Shown in pieces: positions 38,646 to 47,500 of a DNA stretch of 64,000 nt. How positions within the stretch are numbered: the stretch's first letter is position 1; each line of letters starts with the position of its first letter. The DNA is from Alphaproteobacteria bacterium (lineage in GTDB: Bacteria; Pseudomonadota; Alphaproteobacteria; GCA-2731375). The notes beneath the pieces were generated by a model that worked only from the letters and a program-made list of their open reading frames with translations, did not search any database and was not told the DNA's origin. The position numbers were made by a program, and so were the translations under genes. The stretch covers positions 3,552,001-3,616,000 of the forward strand of contig CBDDPY010000002.1 in the NCBI GenBank assembly GCA_965232515.1. The letters are read 5' to 3'.

Positions 38646-39302
38646 ATGGAGCTGACCCGCGAAGCAATCATGAGCGGCGTTCTGACGCGCCTGGCCGCGA
38701 CCGACACCGTGCCGATGCTGTCGAAAGCCGAGCGGGATGCCTCGCGGCGGGCGATGCTGGAACAGCGCCGTCCCGGCGCCGATGTCTGGATATTCGCCTA
38801 CGGCTCGCTGATCTGGAATCCGGCCTTCCACTTCGCTGAGCGTCGGACGGGGCTGCTCTACGGCTTCCACCGCCGATTCTGCCTATGGGCCTGCGTCGGC
38901 CGGGGCACGCGCGCGCAGCCCGGTCTCGTTCTCGGCCTGGACCATGGCGGCGCCTGCCGGGGCGTGGTCTATCGGATCGCAGCGGCCGACGTCGAAACAG
39001 AGACCGATATGATTTGGGCGCGCGAGATGGAAACGCCGGAGTATCGTCCCCGCTGGCTGCCGGTGCGCACGGCGGCGGGAACGGTGCCGGCCATCGCCTT
39101 CGTCGTCAACCGGCGCCAGGATCGCTATGCGGGCCGTCTGCCCGACGAGCGTCTTGCCTCGGTAATCGCCACGGCGGCCGGCCATGTCGGAACGTCAGCC
39201 GATTATCTGGCGCAGACAGTGGCCCATCTCGACGCGCTCGGCATCGCCGACGCCGCCATGCAACGACTGCACCGCCGCGTATTGTTATTGCAACGCGGGT
39301 AG
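38646..39302 (+). CDS. chaC: Gamma-glutamylcyclotransferase (ChaC family)
   Basis: WIFAYGSLIWNP, RGT...PGLVLGLD.GG.C.G, RE. Confidence 0.9.
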   Translation: MELTREAIMSGVLTRLAATDTVPMLSKAERDASRRAMLEQRRPGADVWIFAYGSLIWNPAFHFAERRTGLLYGFHRRFCLWACVGRGTRAQPGLVLGLDHGGACRGVVYRIAAADVETETDMIWAREMETPEYRPRWLPVRTAAGTVPAIAFVVNRRQDRYAGRLPDERLASVIATAAGHVGTSADYLAQTVAHLDALGIADAAMQRLHRRVLLLQRG

Positions 39303-39347
39303 TACTGTTGCCGCCCTTCACCGTCTTCCGGCACTAAAAGGCAGAGT

Positions 39348-39363
39348 TGTGACCGATTTCACA
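39348..39363. promoter_or_regulatory. Perfect CRP-family consensus site TGTGA-N6-TCACA
   Basis: TGTGACCGATTTCACA read directly. Confidence 0.5.
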
Positions 39364-39532
39364 GCCTTTGTCTGACCTCGACACCAAAATTCATTTCACC
39401 CGCAGATTTCAGAACGAGTAGGCACGCCCCAGGCTTGGTGCTAGTATTTGACAATACTTGCGGGTTGAGGGCTAACGACAAAACAACCTGACGATTACAA
39501 GGGCGGCACCCGACTGTCTTAGGAGGGGGACG

Positions 39533-42184
39533 ATGGATGGTGCGATGATGCCTTTCGCGACCACGTTATCCGAGTGGCTGCACGAGCCGGTATTCTGGGC
39601 GGGCATTACGGTTGTCATCGTCTATGCCTTCATCCGGTTCAACCAGCCGGCCATTGGCTTCGTCGCCGATGTCTATAACGACACCGATCCGGTTGGCCCG
39701 GCGCGCGCGTTCACCACCGTGTTTCGCTATTACGTCTTCGCGCTGGTCTATGCCGGCGTGTCGGCAATGGTCTACGTCCTGTTGATCCTGATCGCCGGCA
39801 ACGAGGAGCTGCGGGAGTTCTTCGGCCAATTCTTCGTCGCGCTCGACGTCAGCGACGAGGAAAAGGCGAAGATCACGGCCTCGGCGCCGACTTGGGCCGC
39901 ATCGGTGCTGACGATCATGCTGCCGTCGGTGCGCGGCCTGCGGGATATCGACGGCAACCTTCGCGCCCGTCTGCACAAGCTGGCGGCGATCCCCTTCAAG
40001 GCGCAGGGCCTGGCGGCCGAGGTGCTGTCCGTCGCCTATCGGATCAATCGCAACCAGTCCTATCAGGCCGTGCGCAACGAGTTCGACGATCCGACGCTGG
40101 TCGACGGCTCGCTGTCGAAACCCGACACGCCCATGGGCAAGTATGTGCGGCTGCGCTACCTGCACCGCAAGATGGAGGCCTGGGCCGAACAGAGCAGCGA
40201 TTTCAAGGTCTTCCTCAGAAACCATCAGGACAATCTGAAATCGGTTCTGAAGCGCGTCGAATCCCTGCGACCGTTCCTGTTGGCCGCGACGCCGCAGGCC
40301 GCAACCTGCGACAACGCCGATTGCAACGGACAGGCGGGCCCGCGCATCGACGACGCCGTCGCCGGGCTGATGGACGACCGTCTGTCCGATGCCTACGAGC
40401 GCATGGTCCGTTTTCTGTGCTGCGCCGTCCTCTATTGCGAACGCACGGAGCACGCCGCGTACGAACGTCTCGGCTGGCTGGGCTTCCGCCTGAAACGGCA
40501 GCATGCCCGCTTCGACTTCTATGCGCCGCTCTACGCCAGCGTCCTGATCGCCGTCGTCACCGTCTTCACCGGCGCCGCGGCCTGGCTGCTGGCGCAGGAT
40601 CTCGACCTTTTCGGCGATCTCGAGGACGTCCATCAGGGGCGCATCCTGCTCACCTTCATCGGCTGGGCCCTGCCCGCCGCCGTCATGCACACAACCGTGA
40701 TCTGCGGCGCGCTGGTGGTGAAATATTGGGTGCTGCCGGACCTGCTGGCCAAGGGGCGCGGCACGATTTCGGGCGACCAGCGCTTCGTCGGCTATCTGCT
40801 GATCGCGCTGCAGGGCTGGGCGCTTGGTTCGGCCGTCGCGCTGTTCTTCAGCGTTATCAATCCGGACTGGCAGCTGAAGGAATTGGGCCAGGTGCTGCCC
40901 TGGGGCCTGGTCAGCATGGCGACCGCGCTCTGCTTCTCGGTGCTGGGCGATTGGACGCCGGTGTTCCGAGGCCGGCGGCTGTTGGACGCGGTGATCCAGG
41001 CGACGATGACGCTGCTGGCGTCGATCTTCGCCATGTGGCTGGCCGTGCCGCCGGACGCCGTCGAGTATGGCGGCCTGCCGATCGCCGCTTTCCGACTGCT
41101 CGGGCCGACCACGGCGATGGCGATCGGTTTCGTGCTCGGTTTCGTGCTGCCGTCGCGCTATCGCCTGCGCGCCTCGGCCGAAAGCCGCACGGTGGCGGTG
41201 GTCGGCGCCGGCACCGCCGGCCTGACCTGCGCCGTCAACCTGATGCGCGCCGGCTATCGGGTGACGGTGTTCGAAAAGCGGCTGAATGCCGGCGGACGGA
41301 TCTGCACCCACCGCTATCAGCCGGCCCAGTTCGACCTCGGCGCGCAGTATTTCACCACCGTGTCGGACGAATTCGCGGAGCGGGTCGAGGACTGGGTCAG
41401 CCAGGGCTGGGCCAAGCTCTGGACCGGCGAGATCGTTGCGCTCAGGAACGGCAAGGTGCAGCGGATCGACGACCGTACCAAGCGCTATGTCGCCCTGCCG
41501 ACGATGAACGAAATCGTGCACCAGTACGGCGAACGCATCGGCCTGCATGCGCAGACCCAGATCGGCCGCGTCCACTATGAACCGGGCAAGGGTTGTCGGG
41601 TCGAAAACGAGATCGGCGCCTACGTGAACCACTACGATCACGTCGTGCTGGCGATCCCGGCGCCGGAGGCCAAGCCGATGCTGAACGGCGCCGGCGATCT
41701 GGCCCAGCGCCTCGACGACGTGCGCATGTCGCCCTGCTGGGCGGCCGCCGTATCGTTCCCTGAACCGCTGGAGCTGCCCTTCGACGCCGCCTTCGTGAAC
41801 GACGCCGACATTCAGTGGATCGCCCGCGACAGCAGCAAACCCGGCCGTCCGGATGGCGAAAACTGGGTGATCCACGCCACCTACGACTGGAGCGAGGCGC
41901 ATTTCGACGACGACGAAGCAGATGTGCTGCAGGCCATGCTGGACGAATTCTGGCGCGTGACCGGCTTGGCGCCACGCAAACCGACGTTCGTGGCAGGCTG
42001 CCGCTGGCGCTACGCCGCCGTCCGTCAGGCGCTCGGCGAAGACTTCGTCTACGACAAGGCTACCGGCATCGGCGCCTGCGGCGACTGGTGCCTGGACGGT
42101 CGTGTCGAGGCTGCCTGGCGCAGCGGCCGGGCGCTTGCCGAGACGATCGCGGCGCCCGTGCGCTGGTGGCCATTCGATCGTTAG
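39533..42184 (+). CDS. Fusion: polytopic membrane domain (about aa 1-550) plus renalase-like FAD-dependent oxidoreductase
   Basis: About 9-10 hydrophobic segments, then VAVVGAGTAG, FEK, GGR..T.R, FDLGAQYFT, RWRYA, CGDWC, VEAAWRSG; continuous frame, AGGAGGGG RBS. Confidence 0.85.
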   Translation: MDGAMMPFATTLSEWLHEPVFWAGITVVIVYAFIRFNQPAIGFVADVYNDTDPVGPARAFTTVFRYYVFALVYAGVSAMVYVLLILIAGNEELREFFGQFFVALDVSDEEKAKITASAPTWAASVLTIMLPSVRGLRDIDGNLRARLHKLAAIPFKAQGLAAEVLSVAYRINRNQSYQAVRNEFDDPTLVDGSLSKPDTPMGKYVRLRYLHRKMEAWAEQSSDFKVFLRNHQDNLKSVLKRVESLRPFLLAATPQAATCDNADCNGQAGPRIDDAVAGLMDDRLSDAYERMVRFLCCAVLYCERTEHAAYERLGWLGFRLKRQHARFDFYAPLYASVLIAVVTVFTGAAAWLLAQDLDLFGDLEDVHQGRILLTFIGWALPAAVMHTTVICGALVVKYWVLPDLLAKGRGTISGDQRFVGYLLIALQGWALGSAVALFFSVINPDWQLKELGQVLPWGLVSMATALCFSVLGDWTPVFRGRRLLDAVIQATMTLLASIFAMWLAVPPDAVEYGGLPIAAFRLLGPTTAMAIGFVLGFVLPSRYRLRASAESRTVAVVGAGTAGLTCAVNLMRAGYRVTVFEKRLNAGGRICTHRYQPAQFDLGAQYFTTVSDEFAERVEDWVSQGWAKLWTGEIVALRNGKVQRIDDRTKRYVALPTMNEIVHQYGERIGLHAQTQIGRVHYEPGKGCRVENEIGAYVNHYDHVVLAIPAPEAKPMLNGAGDLAQRLDDVRMSPCWAAAVSFPEPLELPFDAAFVNDADIQWIARDSSKPGRPDGENWVIHATYDWSEAHFDDDEADVLQAMLDEFWRVTGLAPRKPTFVAGCRWRYAAVRQALGEDFVYDKATGIGACGDWCLDGRVEAAWRSGRALAETIAAPVRWWPFDR

Positions 42185-42190
42185 TGAGGG

Positions 42191-43888
42191 TCAGGCGGCT
42201 TTATTAGTGATCACCGTCAGCGACTGCATCTGCACGTCGCGCATCCAGTCGGCGATCTTCTCGTCCGACAGGCCGTGGTGGCGCAACACGACGGCGGCCA
42301 GATCGAGCCCCGCCGGAATGCTCCGCGTGACGACGGCCTGCATGCCCAGATCCTCGAATTTCTGCTTCTCGTCGTCTTCGTCGACCGCGATGAAGCGGGT
42401 CAGGTGCGGATAGCGCTCGCGGATGACCGGCGTCACTGCCTTTGAGATCTCATAGCGGTTGATGGTCACCACCACGGTCGGCCGCTGCTCCAGCTCGATC
42501 GTGGCCATCAGGCGGGGATCGCCGGCATCGCCGAACGACACGGCATAGCCGTCGGTGTTGGCGCTGATGAACCGGTCGTGATCCATGTCGAACGCCGTGT
42601 AGCCGATGCCGTGGGCCTCCAAACCGTCGGCGACCCGTCGGCCGATCTCGCCCATGCCCACGATGACGACGGGCGCCGGCTGGCTTGCCTCGGCCGCGGC
42701 CTCGGATTGCTGCGCCGCGAATTCGCGGTCCGACAGCCGCATCGCCAGGCGATGGCCGATCGCCGCGACGCTGGGCGTCAGAGCCATGCTGGCCGCCACC
42801 GCGGCGATCAGGACCGCCGAAAGGTCGGATCCCAGGGCCTCGCGCAACGCCGGCATGCCGAAGATCACGAAGGCGAACTCGCTGCCCTGCGACAGCAGGA
42901 AGCCGAGGCCGACGGCGCTGGGCAGTGGCGTGCGGACGGCGAGCGCCGCGGCGAAGATCACCATGGTCTTGACGCCTAACAGCAACACGACCGCGGCCAG
43001 GATCATGCCCCAGTCACGCAACAGAACATCAATATCGAGCGTGGCGCCGATGGTGATGAAGAAAAAGCCCAGCAGCAGGCCGCGAAACGGCTTCACTTCG
43101 GTCTGGATCACATGCCGATAGGGCGTCTCGGAAATGATCATGCCGGCAAGGAACGCGCCCAACGTCAGCGACAGGCCGAGCAGGCCGGTAGCCGCCGCCG
43201 TGAGCAGCACGATCAAGAGCGCCATCGCGGTAAAGACTTCCTCGTTCCGCGTGGCCGAGATCAGCCGGAACAGCGGGCCGATCAGATAACGGCCAATCAG
43301 GATTGCCGCCGCAAAGGCAGCCGCCGCCTTCAGGGCCGCAAGACCGACGGCGCTGCCGATCGACACCTCGGCGCCTTCCAGCGACGTCGCCAGGATCAGC
43401 AGGAAGATGGCGCAGATGTCCTGGAAGATCAGGATCGCCGTCGCCGTCAGGCCGATGGGGCAGCTATTGCGCCCCTTTCCGGCCAGCGTCTGCACGACGA
43501 CGGCCGTCGAGGACAAGGCCAGCGTCGCGCCGATCACGATGGCCAGACTGAGATCGAACCCGGCCAGCATGGCGATGGCGCCGAACGCCGCCGTGCAGGT
43601 CACCATCTGCAGCGGCCCGAAGCCCAGAATGTCGCGACGGGCATCCCAGATATGCCGCAGCGAAAAGTGCAGGCCGATATCGAACAGCAGGAAGACCACG
43701 CCGAGCTCGGCCAGGAGATGCGTGGTCTCGCTCTCGGCGACCAGAGCCAGGCCGTGCGGTCCGATCAACATGCCAGCGATCAGATAGCCGACGATCGGAC
43801 TGAGCCGCAGCGGCCGCGTCAGGACAACGGCCAGAATGCCGACCAACAGCAGGACGATCGCCGGCTCGAGGGCGTGCACCTGTTCCAT
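42191..43888 (-). CDS. CPA2 cation:proton antiporter (KefB/KefC-like) with TrkA_N domain
   Basis: AELGVVFLLFDIGL, LSSTA, FQD, LGAFLAG, PFRGLLLGFFF, SQGSEF, GMGEIG. Confidence 0.92.
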   Translation of the reverse strand: MEQVHALEPAIVLLLVGILAVVLTRPLRLSPIVGYLIAGMLIGPHGLALVAESETTHLLAELGVVFLLFDIGLHFSLRHIWDARRDILGFGPLQMVTCTAAFGAIAMLAGFDLSLAIVIGATLALSSTAVVVQTLAGKGRNSCPIGLTATAILIFQDICAIFLLILATSLEGAEVSIGSAVGLAALKAAAAFAAAILIGRYLIGPLFRLISATRNEEVFTAMALLIVLLTAAATGLLGLSLTLGAFLAGMIISETPYRHVIQTEVKPFRGLLLGFFFITIGATLDIDVLLRDWGMILAAVVLLLGVKTMVIFAAALAVRTPLPSAVGLGFLLSQGSEFAFVIFGMPALREALGSDLSAVLIAAVAASMALTPSVAAIGHRLAMRLSDREFAAQQSEAAAEASQPAPVVIVGMGEIGRRVADGLEAHGIGYTAFDMDHDRFISANTDGYAVSFGDAGDPRLMATIELEQRPTVVVTINRYEISKAVTPVIRERYPHLTRFIAVDEDDEKQKFEDLGMQAVVTRSIPAGLDLAAVVLRHHGLSDEKIADWMRDVQMQSLTVITNKAA

Positions 43889-43906
43889 TCCGACCCGCGG
43901 ACGGCG

Positions 43907-44449
43907 CTAGCGCGTAGCCGCGGCGGCCAGCGCCTCCAGCAGCTTGACGACGCGGCCGCGATTGGCTTCGTCGATCATCCGGCCGGTATCGTCGAACACG
44001 GTGCCGGCGTCGCCGACCATTAATTCGGGCTTGTTCAGGACCGGCGCGTTCAGAAACACGAAGCATTGGCGCAGGTGGTATTGCGCTCGCGCCGTGCCGA
44101 GACGTCCCGGACTGGTGCCCATCAGCGCCACCGGCTTGCCGTCGAACGGCTGGTCCGGCGGCCGCGAGGCCCAGTCGATCGCGTTCTTCAGCACGCCGGG
44201 AATGGAATAATTGTATTCCGGCGTCGCGATCAGCAGCGCGTCGGCCGCGGCGATGCTCTCGCGCAGCCGGACCACGCTGTCCGGCAATCCCTGCTGTCGC
44301 ACATCCTCGTTATAGAGCGGCACATTCGAGAGATCGGCGACCTCGATCGTGATCCCGTCCGGCGCCACTTCCTGCGCCGTGCGCAGCAACGCCGTGTTCA
44401 ACGACCCCGCACGCAAACTGCCCGAAATCCCCAAAATCTTGCACGGCAT
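43907..44449 (-). CDS. NADPH-dependent FMN reductase (ChrR-like)
   Basis: GSLRAGSLN, TPEYNYSIPGVLKNAIDWASR, GTARAQYHLRQ. Confidence 0.93.
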   Translation of the reverse strand: MPCKILGISGSLRAGSLNTALLRTAQEVAPDGITIEVADLSNVPLYNEDVRQQGLPDSVVRLRESIAAADALLIATPEYNYSIPGVLKNAIDWASRPPDQPFDGKPVALMGTSPGRLGTARAQYHLRQCFVFLNAPVLNKPELMVGDAGTVFDDTGRMIDEANRGRVVKLLEALAAAATR

Positions 44450-44528
44450 CCGCATCCCCCGATCCGTGAACAAACCGACAGTAACGGATGAAAGATAGTC
44501 CAGTTCGCGCCGCCGCCCACCCGTTCTT

Positions 44529-47500
44529 TTAGGTTTGCCGGCGGCGCATCCAGGCGAAGCCGGCCAAAGCCATCAACAGCACCAGAACGGTCGGCGGCTC
44601 CGGCACATCGGCGACGGTTGTCGGCGCCGCCTCGACCAGCAGGCGCAACACATCCAATTCGCCTTCCCAATCCATCAGCATGGGCGCGAAGACCAGACCG
44701 GTCGGCAGCAGGCCGAAATCGAACAGATCGATGAGGTTCGCCGGATCCGGCACGACGATGGTTTCGGCCACGACGATGTCGAAGATATCGCCGACCGACG
44801 GCAGGAACGGATTGGCGATGCTCTCGAAACTCAGCGGATCGAGCAGCTGGATCAGGATGCCGGTGCCGGCGGCGAACGTCGCGGTGCCGCCGACCTGCAG
44901 CTGGTCGTATTCGCTGCCAACCTCCGTGCCGGCGATCTCGATCTCCAGCAGCCCGTCGACGAACTGGTTGTAATCGCCGGTGATCTCCAGGATGCCCGGC
45001 GAGACGCCCGGCCCGAGCAGCGCGCCGAAGTTGTTGAACGTCTGGGCGTTGATGGTGCCGACGCCGGCGAAGCTGCCGCCGTCGACGTCGAGGTCCGTCG
45101 TCGTCAGCATGCCGTTGATGATGTTCAACGCCCCGTCGTTGCTCTCGAACTGGCCGTTCACGTTCAGCGTGCTGGTGGAATCGATCGTCAGCGTGGCGTT
45201 GTTCACGAAATCCGCTGACGTATCGAACACGGCGTTCTGGTTCAGCGAGAACAGCCCGTTGTTCGTGAAGTCCTGATTGGTCGCGTTGGTGGCATCCGGG
45301 ATGGCGGCGAGGCGGCCGGTGCCGTTCATGATGACATTGCCGCTGCTGGCGACGACACGGTCGACGTTTTCTTCCAGCCGGATCAGGGCGCCGTTATGGG
45401 CGATCCAGGTGCCGCCGTCGAGCTCGAAGTCCAGCAGCAGATTTCGGCCGAACTGCGCCACGTCGCCGCGCAGGTTGAGCGTGCTGCCCTGGGCCACCTC
45501 AACGGTGCCGGCATTGTCGAAGTCGCCCCGGAACGTCCGGACCACGTTTTCGGCGGCCAGCTTGAAGACGCCGTCGCTTCGGTTTTCGATGACGCCTTGG
45601 GTGGCGGGCTCGCCGGCCAGATTGCCGTGCAGATTGTAGGTGCCTGAATTGATCAGCCGGCTGTTGCTGCTGTTGAAGGTCACGGTGGCGTCCGCCGCGT
45701 GCGCGACCGTGCCGGTATTCTCGAAGACATCGAAGAATTGTTTCTTGTTGAGGCCGCCGGCAACGACGTCGACGTGGCCGCCGTCGTTCTTGAACAGGCC
45801 GAAGGTGCCGCCCTTCCACTCAGCATTGCCCTGGTTGATCAATGCGGTGCCGCTGTCGCCGAAGCCACCGATCGTGCTGCCGTCGAACATGAACTTGCCC
45901 GGGCCGTTCAGATCGATCACGAGGTTGCCCTCGGTCTTTAGGTCGCGGCCGCCGACCAGCTCCGCGGTGCCCTGGCCGTCGATCCGGTAGTCGCCCCGGA
46001 AGACGTTTTCGCCGGTATGCTGGAACTTCAGCGACGCACCTTCGCTGATCGTGTATTGGCCGGTGCTGGTGTGACTGACCGCGCCGAAATAACTGAGCGT
46101 GCCGGCTTCGACCTGCACCTCGCCGCCGCTCATCTCGAAACCGACGCGGATGTCGGCGTTGCCGCCGCCGGTTTTCTTCAGCGTGCCGCCGCGGTTGCGG
46201 AAGGCGCCCGACGTGTCCGGATTGGCCGCCCGGCCGATTTCGGCAATCCTGAATTCGTAGACGCCGCCGGCGTCGTTCAGGATGAAGCCGTTGACGACGT
46301 CGAGGTCGCCCTCCTGCTCGATAAGTCCGGCGCCCGTGCTGGCGCCGACGTTGCGCAGCACGCCGTCGGCGATCTTCACAAATCTGTTATTGAAGGTGGT
46401 GATCGAAACCGTACCGCCCTGGTTCTCGAAGCCGTTGATGCTGCCGCTGTCGGTGGCGGTACCGCCGGTCAGGCTGCCGCGCGAAAAGAAGAACTGGCTC
46501 TTGTTCACGAACGTGCCACCGGTGGCGTTGATCGACGGATTGCCGGTGGCCGCCTCTCCAATGCTCATCCTCACATTTCCAGTTGGGCCGATCATGTCGG
46601 CGGTGACGGTCCCGGATTGGATGTTGAAAGCGTTGACGATGTTTGTGGCACCGGAGCCGGTGATCCGGAAATCGCCATTGAAAGTCTGATCGCCGACGAA
46701 TGACAGGCCGCCCGTGTTAACAAGGTCTCCGGCCCTGTCGCGGGTGTCGAAGACGCCGGACCCCTGATGGTTGCCCGCGCCCTGCAGCTCCAGGAAGCCT
46801 TCTTCGATGATTAACTGGCCGCCGTTCGACATGTTGAAATCGGCAGAAATTTGCGGGCCTTCGAAAAGGACACCGGGGGCATTGACTCGCAGCGTGCCGC
46901 CGGCATTGTCGAATGCGCCGCCGCCAATGATGCGCGATCGCCTGGCGAGCGTATATTCGCCGCCGGTCTGGTTGACGATGCGGCCGCCGTCGACGAGAAG
47001 ATCGGCGTTCCTTTGGTGCTCGATCGTGCCGGCGTTCAGCAACACGCCTTGCAGGGTCTTCGGGCCGCCCTGCTCCTGAATCTGAAAACGTCCACCGGCC
47101 GCGTTTGCAAGTCCGCCGGTCACATTGCCGTTGTCGACCGTGCCGCCGGCAATGGTGCCTTCGCGGAAGGTCATGCGGCCCTGGTTGGTCAGCCGGCCCT
47201 GCGCGTCCAGAAGCACGTTATTCAGCAGCACGCCGACATCGCCGTTGAAATCGAACGTCGCCTCGGCGCCGGGTTTCACCGTGTAGGAACCGCCGTTCAG
47301 TTCCAGATTGCCGGCGCCGCTGGCGTCGAGCGAGCCGGTCACCTCCGTCACGCCGTCCAGCAACTCCAACGTCGCGCCGTCGCCGGCCCGGTATTCGCCG
47401 CCATTGTGCGTGTTGCGGCCCGTGAAGGTCAGCCGGCCGATTTCCGTCTCGATGCGGCCACCGTTGTTCACGACATCGGCGTCGATCGTAACCTGCTCGG

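Noticed and set aside
39566-41902. Long antisense ORFs (e.g. 39566..41902, 25934..27718, 24388..26025)
   Set aside because: Shadow frames of real genes in a high-GC genome; no recognisable motifs
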